DNA of 64,000 bases from Takakia lepidozioides (taxonomy: Eukaryota; Plantae; Bryophyta): positions 50,716,001 through 50,780,000 of the forward strand of contig CM060731.1 of the NCBI GenBank assembly GCA_030704615.1, given 5' to 3'. The notes below the pieces were generated by a model. It did no database searches, was not told the DNA's origin, and saw only the letters and a program-made list of their open reading frames with translations. A program made the translations under genes and the position numbers. Positions 39,948 to 52,211 of the stretch are shown piece after piece. The stretch's first letter is position 1. Each line of letters opens with the position of its first letter.

Positions 39948-41325
39948 TTGAGGGCTTACAGGAACTGCTTTGCCTTCAGTTTGAAGGACTTAGGAGCACT
40001 GAAGGGTCAAGAGATTTGCATTGAATTGGCTACTGACACGCCAATCTTTCGGAGACCCTATAGATACAGTGACATGGAGAGGTCCTTGATTCAGATGAGA
40101 ACTCGGGACCTTTGGGAGGCTGGTTTGGTGGAGCTATCTGGGGGAGAATATGCTTCAGCCACAATGATGCCAGCCAAGAATGATGTCTATGGCAATTGGA
40201 CAGAGAGACGTATGTGCGGTGATTACCGGCCTGTAAATCGTCAGACCAAGTCCGATAGGTATGCTATGCCAACACCAGAGGAGATCTTTGATGCCATTGG
40301 GCATGCAAAGGTCTTTAGCACTTTGGATTTACGATCCGGATATCACCAGTTGCCGATCAAGGAGGCGGATAAGCAGAAGACGACATTCTGGGGGATCAAT
40401 GAGCACGGGAAGGATTGTCTTTACCAGTGGCGGTTCTTACCATTTGGGCTTAAAAACGCTCCGGCAGAGTTTCAGAGAGTCATGGACAGGATTCTAGCAG
40501 GGGTGGAGTTTGCTCGGTGCTACATAGATGACATCATCATCTTTAGTGCTACGGTGGAGAAGCATGAGAGACACCTTCAGATGATATTTGAGCGTTTGAG
40601 GGCACACGGATTGAAGTTACATCCGGGGAAGTGCAAGTTTTTCCACAACCAGATTGAGTATCTGGGTCACATGATATATCTTGGAGGATTGGGGATACAG
40701 CAGACTAAGGTAGAGTCCATTGCACAGATTCCACGCCCCACGGATGTGAGCCGAGTTCGAGCTTTCATGGGGTTAGCAAACTATTATAGACGGTTTGTTA
40801 AGGGATTTAGTGCCATTACAAAGGCTCTAACCAAGTTGACCAAGGTGGACCAGGAGTGGCAGTGGGAAGATGAGCAAGAACAAGCTTTTCAAGAGCTCAA
40901 GGCGAGGTTGACCTCGGCGCCCATCTTGAGACGACCTATCATGGGGCGTCCTTTTCAGCTGCTTACGGATTGGAGCATGCTGGGGCTTGGAGCGGTGCTC
41001 ACATAGGTGGATGATGAGGGAAGAGAGTTCGTAGTGGCTTATGCTAGCCGTTCGAACAATGCTGCCGAGTCTAAGTATAGTTCATATGAGGGAGAATGCT
41101 TAGCTGTAGTGTGGGCCGCGGCACACTTCAGGTGCTATCTATACGGCAATCTCTTCACCCTTGTCACGGATCACCAACCACTCAAGTGGTTGATGGAGTC
41201 AGACAAGCTTACGGGGAAGCTTGCACGGTGGGCACTCATCCTTCAAGAGTATGACTTTCAGGTTGTGCATCGACCAGGTTTGGTCAATCGCAATGCAGAT
41301 GGGTTGAGTCGCAATCCATGCAGGA
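39948..41325 (+). pseudogene. pol: Reverse transcriptase and RNase H (gypsy type)
   Basis: RMCGDYR.VN, LDLRSGYHQ, LPFGLKNAP, YIDDIII; RNase H TDWS, EGECLAV, TDHQPL, ADGLSR. Premature TAG at 41004-41006. Confidence 0.95.
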
Positions 41326-42947
41326 ACTTCAGGATGACACTGGAGCTCGGTGGCATGGTGAGAGGGATGAGGAGATGGTGCCTGGATGGCATGCATCTGC
41401 ATTTCTGTATATCTTGGCAGCGGAAGGCCAGGTTGGACCTGCAACAGGGATGACTGTAGATCAAGTGTCTGAGGACCCTGAGGCCAGCAATGAGCAAGGT
41501 GGCGCCAAAGATATACATGAGGATTCAGCTGTGTTGGACTATCTCTATACTGGAGACACGGCAACCACTGTGACTGCCAAGGAGAGGGATCGGATCCTAC
41601 AACGAGCCAAGAGGTTCAAGTGGGAGGGGACACACCTGCTCCGAGTGTGGGAAGATGGTCGAGTGAGGATTGTGCCTCATCCAACACAGCGGGCATGGTT
41701 AGTGCGGCATGCCCATGAGGAGTTGGGGCATTTTGGGGTGCGACGCACTCATAGTCTACTGCAGGGGCAATATTGGTGGCGTGGTATGCACACAGAGGTG
41801 CAACAATTTGTGGCTAGGTGCATGGTGTGTGACAGGGTACGTGCTTCATTCAACGCCCCTACTCCACAATTGCACGCTCTTCCGATCATGGGATTGGGCT
41901 ACAGGTGGAGTCTTGACTTCGCAGGGCCGTTGCCACTGACCATGCGCCACAACAAGTACGTGTTGGTGATGGTGGAACACTTCTCCAAGTGGATCGAGTT
42001 GGTTTCCATTGCCTAATAAGGCTAGTGAGGGAGCCGCGTATGCATTCTTGGATTGTGTACTTAGCCGATTCGGTGCTCCAGCTGAGGTACTCACGGACCA
42101 AGGGAGAGAGTTCTTGGGGGAGTTTCAGGCTTTGCGTGACAAGGCCTTGATAGACCACCGCACCACTTCTCGGGATCATCCTGAGGCCGATGGCTTGGCA
42201 AAGAGAGTTGTTCAGACAATAAAGAGGGGTTTGCGCAAGTATGGCTTGCAGAAGGGACACCTAGGAGATTGGGACCTTCAGTTACCCTGGTTAGCCATGG
42301 GCTACAGGTTCAGCAAGCAAGCATCACTTGCCTCCTTCTCACCATACTTTCTTCTCTTTGGCCGAGAGCCGGATTTGCCTACATCCATTCGCAGAGAAGC
42401 TGCCACAGTTCTTAACCTTGACGATCCGGATGTGTGGGCACGTGTATGTGCAGAGTTGTTCAAGAAAGTCATGCCCATGGCTTTCGAGAACCTTGCCATT
42501 GCACAACATCGTGATACGATGAGGTATGCTACCATACGTGGTGGGGGTTATTGTCCTGGGGTTCGGAGATTCAACCCTGGTGACTATGTCTATCTGCAGC
42601 AGACTACTCCTACGACCTTGGATATGACTGCAGGACGTGTTATTTTGAGAGTTCGAGAGGTCTTGCCCTCAGGCGTCTTGATCTTGGAGGGTCGGGATGG
42701 CATAACTTGGAAGGACCATGTGCGTAATTGTGCGCCATGTCACCTTCCGAATGTCGATGGCAGGATTGACCCAAACCTGGCAGTGGTATCTGCAAGTTTG
42801 ATGTGCATGTTGTGTGGGTCTGCTAGAGGGGCAGCCACCATGCTGGTGTGTGATCGATGCTCTAGAGGTTGGCATATGGGATGCTTGACTCCACCTCTTG
42901 AGATGGTTCTGGATGGGGATTGGTTATGTCCACATTGCATTGGATAG
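41318..42947 (+). pseudogene. Integrase (HHCC plus DDE) with C-terminal PHD finger
   Basis: HEELGH...CMVC, SLDFAGP, TDQGREF, GLAKR (catalytic E replaced by K); C4HC3 PHD CMLC...LVCDRCSRGWHMGCLTPPL....GDWLCPHC then stop. Frameshift at ~42010. Confidence 0.93.
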
Positions 42948-43196
42948 TGGGAGTGGATACAACCATGGAAGGCTAACAAGAAACGCAAGGCCAAGCTACT
43001 AGGAAACCTTCAACACACGAGATCCTGGCTCGAGTTCACAGATTGCAAGACGGCGACTAACGATGGGGCTACTCTTGTACCCGGCCTCTTGGTCTATAGA
43101 GTTTGAGTACAATATGGACAGTGATAGAGGACTTAGTACGGCTGTGGCTATTACATCTTGTAGCTATTTGGAGTTAGAGGGACCTATCCACCAGCT

Positions 43197-43292
43197 AGGG
43201 GGGCGATTGTGGCAGACTATTTTATTGTGCATATATGCTTGGTGTGGTTTGGACAGCGATGTAGTTGTGTAGTGATATGTATGCGCACGACA
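43197..43292 (+). repeat. Polypurine tract and truncated 3' LTR
   Basis: AGGGGGGCGAT|TGTGG; LTR sequence shared with 30716-30884 and (inverted) 44290-44362. Confidence 0.7.
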
Positions 43293-44279
43293 TATTGATA
43301 TCATAACTGATTTGGGAGGTAAAATTGAAGAGGTACTGGAGGCTATTACACGGTTTTTTGCTTTTGCGGATTCTTCAATTACTTATCAAGAGGAGATCCA
43401 AGGTGGGATTGCGCAAAGTGGGCTTGATGTTGTATGCGCACATAGCCAGTGCATCGGTTCTATTTCTCAGGATGAGAATTGACGGGGTCTTGACCAACAG
43501 AATATGGCCCAGACGCTTCTCTGAAGAAATGAGAAAGCGCCGTTTATGCATTTTGGAAAAAAAAATGACAATGATGTGGCACTTAGCGACCCTATTATTG
43601 CTTTACCCTAACACTACTCGTCTCCCACTTTTTAATGGTCATTTTATATACACACACATCTCTCTCTCTCTCTCTCTATCTTGGGATTAGGCTAAACTAA
43701 TTACTTACAGCCTATTATTCTATTAAGGAACCCTATGCTTCTAGAAGTCTCGAGAATGAAGGGTACAACGAATGAATTCATTTGTTCCAAATCCCTAAGT
43801 AGGATTATATTGATAGATCTGTGTTTCAAAACAGTGGCGTTAATTCATGTCGGGAGTTCAGATTCCTAAAACTGCTGAGTTCATAGTTCGTGAATCACTG
43901 TACGTCATATTATCTATTTTCAGCTGCAGATTGTTGTGCATTACCTGTCAGTTGCAATGTCACATGCAAGTCTTTCTCCAGTTCTCAAGGTGGTTGTCTC
44001 CATGAGCACCTTGCCCCCTGATTTCCTTTTGACTTACCTTGCTTAGGAATGCATGTTGGAAAGTAATGACATGTAAAGCGTTAAGACCTGCTACTTACCT
44101 CGCGCATCCTCACTAATCTGTGTTCTGTTGAATGGTTGTGATTTTGGGACGGGCGTAGGTAATGGTCCTTCACCTTTCATGGATTTTTTAGCATTGTAGG
44201 TTGAAGGCTTCAGGGTAGTAGTAAGGGAAGGAAGATGAAGGGTATGGAACCAGTAGGCTACATACACAAGGGAAGACAC

Positions 44280-44362
44280 CCTTGTTAGAGCTGTCGTGCG
44301 CGTACATATCGCTACACCACTACATCGCTGTCCAAAACCACAAAACACATGTGCCCGCCACA
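44280..44362 (-). repeat. Inverted LTR fragment of the same gypsy family
   Basis: Reverse complement reads GGTTTTGGACAGCGATGTAGTGGTGTAGCGATATGTACGCGCACGACAGCT, as at 30835-30885 and 43245-43292. Confidence 0.8.
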
Positions 44363-45150
44363 AGTGCCTTGGTTAGCCATGGGCTACAGGTTTAGCAAAC
44401 AAGCATCACTTGCCTCTTTCTCACCATATTTCCTTCTCTTTGGCCGAGAGCCGGATTTGCCTGCAGCCATTCGTAGGGACACTGCTCAAATCCTTAACCT
44501 TGACAATCCGGACGTGTGGGTACGTGCATGTGAACAGCGTGCAGAGTTGTTCAAGAAAGTCATGCCCATGGCTTTTGAGAACCTTGCCATTGCACAGCAC
44601 CGTGATACGTTGAGATATGCCACTATACGCGGTGAAGGATATCGTCATGGGTTCGGAGGTTTAGCCCTGGTGACTATGTTTATTTGCAGCAGACTGCGCC
44701 TACGACCCTGGATGTCACTGTAGGGCGTGTTATTCTGAGGGTTCAAAAGGTGTTGCCCTTAAGAGTCATGATCTTGGAGGGTCAGGATGGCATGACTTGG
44801 AAAGACCATGTGCGTAATTGTGCGCTATGTCACCTTCCCAATGTCGATGGCAGAGTTGACCCAAACTTGGCAGTGGTACCTGCAGGTTTGAGGTGCATGC
44901 TCTGTAGGTCTGCCAAATGGGCAGCCACCATGCTAGTATGTGATCGATGCTCGAGAGGTTGGCACATGGGATGCTTGACACCACCTCTTGAGAAGGTTCC
45001 TGATGGAGATTGGTTGTGTCCACACTGCTTGGGATAGTGGCAATGGACATGACTAGAGGCAGCTAACAAGACATGGGAGGCCAAGCTCATAGGAGTCAAT
45101 ACACGAGATCCCACGCTCAAGTTCACAGGTTGCAAGACGGCGACTAACGA
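44363..45150 (+). pseudogene. Second copy of integrase C-terminus plus PHD finger and start of 3' UTR
   Basis: PWLAMGYRFSKQASLASFSPYFLLFGREP...CMLC...VCDRCSRGWHMGCLTPPLEKVPDGDWLCPHC, stop at 45037. Confidence 0.92.
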
Positions 45151-45965
45151 CGGTCCCAATATGGATGTGGCTTGATTTTATTGCAGCGTGTGAGCTGACG
45201 GGTACGGCCCGCGAGGTACAGCCGGGGAACCCCTGCTCCGGCAGCCTCGTCGGCGAGCTGGATGCCCCATGTCAAATCATCCCCACCCCCCTCCGACCCC
45301 TCCGCCCGTTGCCCCGCCCCCGCCCGCCCGCCCGCCCGCCCGCTACTCCCTGCACCCCCCTGACCCCCCCCCCCCCCCCCGCGCTCACCCGCCTGGGACC
45401 CCTGACCCCCGCCCCACCGCTGGCCACGCGACGCCCCACAGCACCGCCTGATCTCCAGCCACATGGCGGCCCCCCGGTGTGGATCCCCCTTCAAGTGCCA
45501 GAGTGATCCCCCACCCCCATCTCCAGCCACGTGGCGCTACCCCCGAACCGTCGATCCCCTCCCCATTCATCCAACCTCAATTAAATGGATGACGACCGGA
45601 TGAAGGCCCCATGACGCGCCCATCGCCACGTGGCGCTCCCGCCGCCATCGATCCCCTCCTCCCATCCACGGCGCGCTCCCCGAGATGTCGCCGCTCCCCC
45701 CGACGCACCTTGATCCCCCTTCCGAACTGGGAGTGATTCCCCCAACCCTAATCGCCCGCCACGTGCGGCTCCCCCGGACCGTCGATCCCCTGCACATCCA
45801 TCCAACCTCACAAAACAATGGATGTTGTGTGTCATCCGCCCCTCATCCCCCCGCCATCCTCCCGCACAAGGGATGGACGACGGCTGGATGAAGGCAGGAT
45901 GACACTAACAGGCCACGTGCCGCTCCCCCCGCCATCGATCCCCACAGTGGCATTCATCCCCGCAA
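45151..45965. mobile_element. Long TIR of the Mutator-like element (left junction), truncated internally
   Basis: Begins CGGTCCCAATATGGATGTGG immediately after GACTAACGA (45142-45150); inverted copy of ~29560-30559. Confidence 0.88.
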
Positions 45966-47741
45966 ACTGAAGACTCCGGTGAAGACACGGTTTGCTTCCA
46001 AGGTGATCCTCTTCCAAGAGACTTTGGAGTTTAGGCAAGCCATAATCACTTGTTACTCTAGGCAAACCTCATTGGCACTGCAGTCTCGCATACCAAGTCC
46101 ACAAGTGTGGGCCATTGCCCAATCAATTTCTACAGTTCTAGGGCCTGTGGTTCATGAGTGCATTATGAATCAATCTGGGGGATTTTGGTTGTTGTCCGAT
46201 GCTCTTAATGCAGCCATTGCTACAACAATTCACATGCGAGGAAGTAGTGCTGGGGGGGCTGCAACTGTGGATCATTGCATGGGGGATTTCTCAACAGAGT
46301 TGACATTGTTGGAATGGCGGATGGCTTGAGAGGTGGTATATGTCTTGGAACCATTTTTTTTTTTTTTGGAAGGGTTTCAATCGCGCAAAGCTCACAATAT
46401 GCTCGCGCTTATGCTTGACCCACGTTACAAGGGGTTGTCATTGGTATCACAATATGTAGGCAAAGAGCGTGCTTTGCATATTGTGTCCCAATATGATAGT
46501 ATGGTGTTAGAGCCTCTTTTGGTAAAGTGTTTCAAGGTCTTACATCCGGATACTCCGGCCCAATCACAGCCCACTTCCACAATGGACGAGATGTCCTTAT
46601 TTGGTGTGCATGACCACAATGAAGACATGACATTGACAGTGGTGAGAGAACAACTATCACATTTCAGAAGGACGAAGATAAATGAGGGTGAGTGCGTGGC
46701 TCCTTTGAAATGGTGGAAAGAACACGAGTCTCTCTTTCCGTATGTGGGATTTTTGGCACGGCTAATTTTGGGCATAGTTGGATCTCAGATTGAAGCTGAG
46801 AGGGTTTTTAGTATTGCAGGTGTCATAACAAACTTGAGACGGTGCAGGTTAAATATTGAAAACCTTGATATGCTTGTGAGTGTAGTCAAGAATTGACCAA
46901 ATGATGCTAGAGTTGGTTGCTTTAGTACTTCCATGAAAGAGTTTTTGGATAGGGAAGAAGTCCTTTAGATGAGAATGAGGACTTGATTGCAGAGGCAAAC
47001 CTCTTTGAGATAGACTGATTTGTCTTAGAGACAAATTATTGTTCAACATATTACACTATATTCCTTTGATTGGAGTTTGTTTATTTGTCATTTTTATTGA
47101 AAATTTCAGTGACATCCCGTGTACTTAGTTTGTTGTATGCTATATTGACAAAGCATCATCCAAAAAACACAAATTTATGTAGTTTTTTTTAGTTATGCTT
47201 TTGCTGCACCATAAAAGGTAACCATAGAATTACACATGTTTAATTTGTTTTGTATTTTGAATTAAGATCCTTATGTAGTTAGTTTGTTTTAGTTGTTCTT
47301 TGCTACACCGTACGACAACTTATAAAATCTCTGGTTTTCCGTTTTTAATGGAGACCATGCGTATATAACTACCATAAAAGACAATCACAAAAAACATATA
47401 AGTTTATTTACTTCTGTTTTACTAATAAATTCCCTGGTTTTAGTTGAAAATTCTCAGTATGACCAATCAGATCAGTTCATCTAATTTTCCAGAAGAATAA
47501 AAAATTAAAAAAAATTAATATATTTTTAAAAAAGAACCGGAACCTAACCGGGAACCGGTGTTTTTTTTCCAGCAACTAACCGGTAACCGGAACCGCCCCC
47601 ATGTTAAAAAGTCAGAACCTGAACCGGACTGGAACCGCCTTAATAAAAAATAACCGGATCCGGATCCGGAACCGTCTCTTCAAAAATTTGTGGAACCGGA
47701 ACCGAAGGTTCCTTCACAAAGGAAAGAACCGCCCAACACTG
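45966..47741 (+). mobile_element. hAT transposon 3' part: transposase C-terminus, dimerisation domain and right terminus
   Basis: VKTRFAS, LMLDPRYK, PLKWWK....FP....LAR.ILGI..SQIEAERVFSIAG. AACCGG subterminal repeats at 47534-47705; ends GAACCGCCCAACACTG (CAGTGTTGG-type TIR). Confidence 0.9.
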
Positions 47742-48492
47742 GTGCGGTCATGTGAATTTATCCAAGCTCAGGCTCATGCAGACCAATCAAGCTGTCCATG
47801 GCTAAGCTTCGACCCCCTTATATGAAATTCCATTATATCATGGCTGTATTCATGGCAAACAAAAATGGCAAAAATTTCCTAAAGAAGGTACAAAGACATT
47901 TTCCCTTTTATCTCTTGTACATTCTGATATATGCGTGCCCATGCAAACACAATCAAGAGGTCATGCAATCTCCTTAAGAAAAAATCAGAAGCTTTGTATA
48001 CTTTCAAGACATATAAAGCACTGGCAGAAAATCAAACTAATAAGCAAATCAAGATTTTACGCACAGATAACGGTGGTGAATATTTATCTGGCGAATTTTT
48101 AAAAAAATTATTCTGAAAATGGAATTATCCATCAATATATAATTTCTTATACACCACAACAGAATGGTGTCGCTGAGAGGAAAAACCGCACGTTGGTTGA
48201 ATCTGCCATATGTCACTCTGCTAACCTTCCACTTACATTTTGGGCCGAAGCTCTATTTACAGCCAATTATGTTCAAAATCGCTTATTGACTAAGGCTAAT
48301 TTAACTAAAACTCGAGTAGAATTATGGACTGGAATAAAGCCTTCAATTTCCCATTTCAGAATATTGGGTTGTTTGGCTTATGCCCATGTTCCTAAAGAGC
48401 ATAGAAGTAAATAGGATAGTAAAACCTGTCAATGTCGCTTCTTGGGATATGTCGCTTCTCGGGATATGGTGAAACTACTAAAGGGTATAGAC

Positions 48493-49206
48493 TAGTGTTG
48501 GCCGGGTATAGCACTCTACCTCGGTTAATGAGTCGGTTACCACTCCAGTTAGTACATATACGGTATTTTTACAAAATAGAGCAAATAGATAATTGACGGT
48601 TGGGAGGTGAGTATGTATATGTATATGTATCCTATATTAAGGTTAGCACTATACTGTATACCCGGATTAATTTTGACCCCCCTAGAGCGGTTACAGTTAT
48701 GTATAAGACACGTTCTTGCTCATACAACGCAGCTGCATTTATAGCGCGTAATCAGCTCCGTTAGCCTCATTTTCACTACTTGGTGTTCCTGTTTTGGGGG
48801 GACCTGTGCAGCTGGTGGGAGAGGGGGGGGTTAACCCATGCTCCAGGCCAGTGAGGTGGTGACAGAGGGTTTCCTTGTGACAGAGCTCATGGCAAGCTCC
48901 GTGGAGCCCTTGGGATCTCATGTGTGAATTGATTATTATTTTTAAAAATCATTGAGAAATACAAGAGCCCATTCAATATATTATATGTAATCGCCAATTG
49001 CATATATATCCGCCAATTTTATGACACCTCTAACCGTCCTATTCATAACCGTCTAAATTTGAAGAATTTTGTAGAATACATAACCGGTGGATATACTAAA
49101 AATAAATAAAATCTCCTTATACATAACCATGGAGTGTGTCCATCCCAAAAATATTGAAGTAACCTTAATTGGCGGATATGTAAAATCTTATAACCGGCCA
49201 ACATTG
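48493..49206. mobile_element. Non-autonomous hAT element (MITE-like, 714 bp) with 8-bp TSD
   Basis: TIRs TAGTGTTGGCCGG / CCGGCCAACATTG; TSD GTATAGAC at 48485-48492 and 49207-49214; CGGTTA/TAACCG subterminal repeats. Removing it restores the copia peptide KGYRLYD. Confidence 0.93.
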
Positions 49207-51880
49207 GTATAGACTCTATGACATTAAACATAAAACAACCATTTTTAGTCGTGATTGCATTTTTCAAGAAGAGTTACAAGAGCATGCTACAGTGGTACAA
49301 GAACATGTCATTACACCATATTTAGATAGTGATGCATTTGTGGTGGGGCCCATACAATATAGAACTAATGTCTTGTGGCTCTTCCCCATCATGTCATAAT
49401 ACCTGCAGCCTTAAATGTACTTGCTCCAGCCTTAAGTATACCCCTAGTCTCTACGCCTTCCCAACAATCTTTTATTTTATAATCCCCTATTTTCTTCACA
49501 TCATGATGATGCCCCCCCCTATTACAGAGGTCCAAGCCCCACTTCCAAGTCAACCAGTCTCGGCTGATGCAGTGGGAGCATTTCTCCAACCTGTCCTTTT
49601 TGGATTCACCTTTGATAAAGTTACTCCTACACCCACTACATCTCGGTACGGTAGGAAGCTCAAGCCTAATCCTAAATATGCTAATTATCATCAGAGTGTC
49701 CTTGATTTGACAGAGCCTTTGTCTTATCAAGAGGCCATCTCTCGATCTGACTCACAATATTAGCAAGCGACTCATCTCTGAATATGACTCTCTCGTCAAG
49801 AATTATACTTGGGACTTATTTTCATTGCCAGTAGGCCGTAAACCCATTTGTTGCAAATGGTTGTTCAAAATCAAACTTAAAGCCGATGGTACCGTTGTAC
49901 GATATAAAGTATGTCTTGTGGCCAAGGGCTATTCACAAGTGGCAGGGGTTGATTATCAAGACACATTTTCTCCTGTTGTTAAGATACCTTCAATTCGTAC
50001 TTTGTTCGCCTTGGCTGTGGTCTATGACATGGAGGTCCATCAAATGTCCGTTAAGATAGTTTTTTTGCATGGTACTTTACGAGAGGAAATCTATATGTCT
50101 CAACCTGAAGGTTTTGTTAAATCTGGCCACGAAACAAAGGTGTGTCGGTTGCTCCATAGCCTTTATGGCCTTAAACAAGAGTGTGGTATGAGCGCATTGA
50201 CACTTACCTTCATGGTGTTGGTTTCCATCGCAGTTCATCCGACTCGAATGTGTACATTAAGCGATTCAACTGTTTCATCATCATAATCGCTTGGATGATG
50301 CTCTTTTATTTTGTGATAATTCTGCTTTACTCTTGGACACAAAGAATAAGTTAAAATCCACATATGAGATTACCGATAATGGTCCCGTGCGTCCACTATA
50401 TTTTGGGAATTCAAGTTAATCGTAATCGCTCCCTTGGCAATGTTACATTAACACAGAAACACTATCTTTTAAATATTTTGAAACGTTTTAATATGGCTGA
50501 AAGCAAGCCAATGGGTACTCCCTTGGAGGTTAATACCAAACTTTCTCAGATGTTGCTTTGTATTCAGCTTCAGTGCTGGCGAGAGCTATAGTATCTTGTC
50601 ATTTACTTGTCCAAGTGATAGCACCACCACCATATATGTATATCCGGTAGTGGATGTTTTGCCATCGACGTCCCCTGCCCAATCGGCATCACAATATCCC
50701 AAAAGTACTAGAGGATACAATATCATGACTTGGTCCAGGGTTGGCGGAATGTTGCGCCACTTCCCCTACCGCAAACGCCAAGTCTAGACGCATGCAAACC
50801 ATGGTGTAGGTGAGAAACCCAACAGCCTGTTGGTATGGAATATGTAGCATAGCTTGAGGAGCCTCATCAGTGGCTAGAGAACTCACCGGAATCTTGGTAA
50901 TAGTGATGTTGGAAAATCCCAACCATCTTTTGTACGGCTTGAAAACAATTTGACTCATATAATACTGTTGGTATTTCAATATGGCTTCATCAACCTTCTC
51001 TCTTGATTGCAAAAGTGTCGCCTCATCTTGGTGAGTCTCAATTTTGTCTGAGCAACACATAAGCTCAAGGTGGGCCCTTGAAAATTTGGTAAAAGCACAT
51101 AACTTCAATGTCTCATGGATTCTTTGACTGAAGGTGTGATCTTCATCACCTAGAGAACCTCCATTGATGCTGTAGTGTTGTAGAATCTCTTCTGCTGTTG
51201 GGATACATAGACCAACATTCGAGGACTTAGAGATAGCTAGATCCCATGCATCCCAATCTTTCCAAAAAGGTCGAGCCATGAGCTCAAACTGAATTCGAAT
51301 ATCGCCAGGATTATACATGCTCATGGAAGGGTGCATAGTAACCCTACTGAGATTAGCCTCAGATGTAGTGGAACCCCTACGAAGCTCTTTTCTTTTAAAG
51401 AGCTCGTTACCAATACGTCTCAACTGTAACCAAAGAAGCCCGTGTGGCTTCGACAGTTATTAAAGAACTTCATCATCCACAGACATCTCCAACAATTTTG
51501 CACTGTGATAATGAAAGTTGTATTACCATATCTAGGGATCAAGTATTTCATGCACGAACTAAGCATATAGAATTACAATTTTCATTATATTCGAGAAGTT
51601 CAAACACAAGGAGCAGTGAAGCTGCTATATTGTTCAACAGAAGATAACATTTCAGACATTTTTACTAAGGCTTTGACGAAAGTCAAACATGAGAAGTTTA
51701 GAGCTGGACTTGGCCTTGGTGCCATCACATTGTGACTTATTGATCTTAGAGCATAGAAGAACTCTGAGTATAATATTTAATTTTTTTTTAATGTAGTCTA
51801 GAGACTGATCACCTCTCAGGAGTACTTTTACTAAACTTGGAGTGATATTGTTTTTTATAGACTCTCAACCTAAGTGGGAG

Positions 51881-52211
51881 TGTTAGAAGGATTAATTAGT
51901 AAATCCAATGTAGGTTAGTAAGTCTAGTAAAATGAATAGTTAGTGTAGTAAATGTAATGTAGGTTAGTAAGTCTAGTAAGATGAATAGTTAGTGAAGAGA
52001 AGTTATGTTCACTGGAACCTTTATGTAACTGCTGAGCCCAGGTGTGAAGCATTTCATGTCTGGGTGACTTCTAAGGTTGGGAGGAGAGCTCCTTCAAATA
52101 TATAAAGTCTTATTCTTATATTTGCTGAGTGTATCTGATCATAACTTTGTCAAGTTATTTCACCACTAGTGTGAAACTAGCTAGGAAATAGCTAGCTTTT
52201 ACATATTGACA
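51881..52211 (+). repeat. copia 3' LTR
   Basis: TG...CA after the PPT, with an internal ~40-bp tandem duplication and a TATATAAA box near 52099. The 3' end is inferred. Confidence 0.65.

Larger units (their letters stand above)
34660..43292 (+). mobile_element. Ty3/gypsy retrotransposon: gag-PR-C5 DNA methyltransferase-RT-RNaseH-INT-PHD (decayed)
   Basis: All domains are colinear on the + strand in gypsy order. Degenerate PBS at 35607-35619; PPT/LTR start at 43197-43208. The 5' boundary is tentative. Confidence 0.9.
47850..52211 (+). mobile_element. Ty1/copia retrotransposon, 5'-truncated and decayed (INT-RT-RNaseH-PPT-3'LTR)
   Basis: LRTDNGGEY, TPQQNGVAERKNRTL, KW.FKIK...YK..LVAKGYSQ, EEIYMSQPEGF, SLYGLKQ, HARTKHIE; PPT AAGTGGGAG then TG at 51881. 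Confidence 0.92.
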
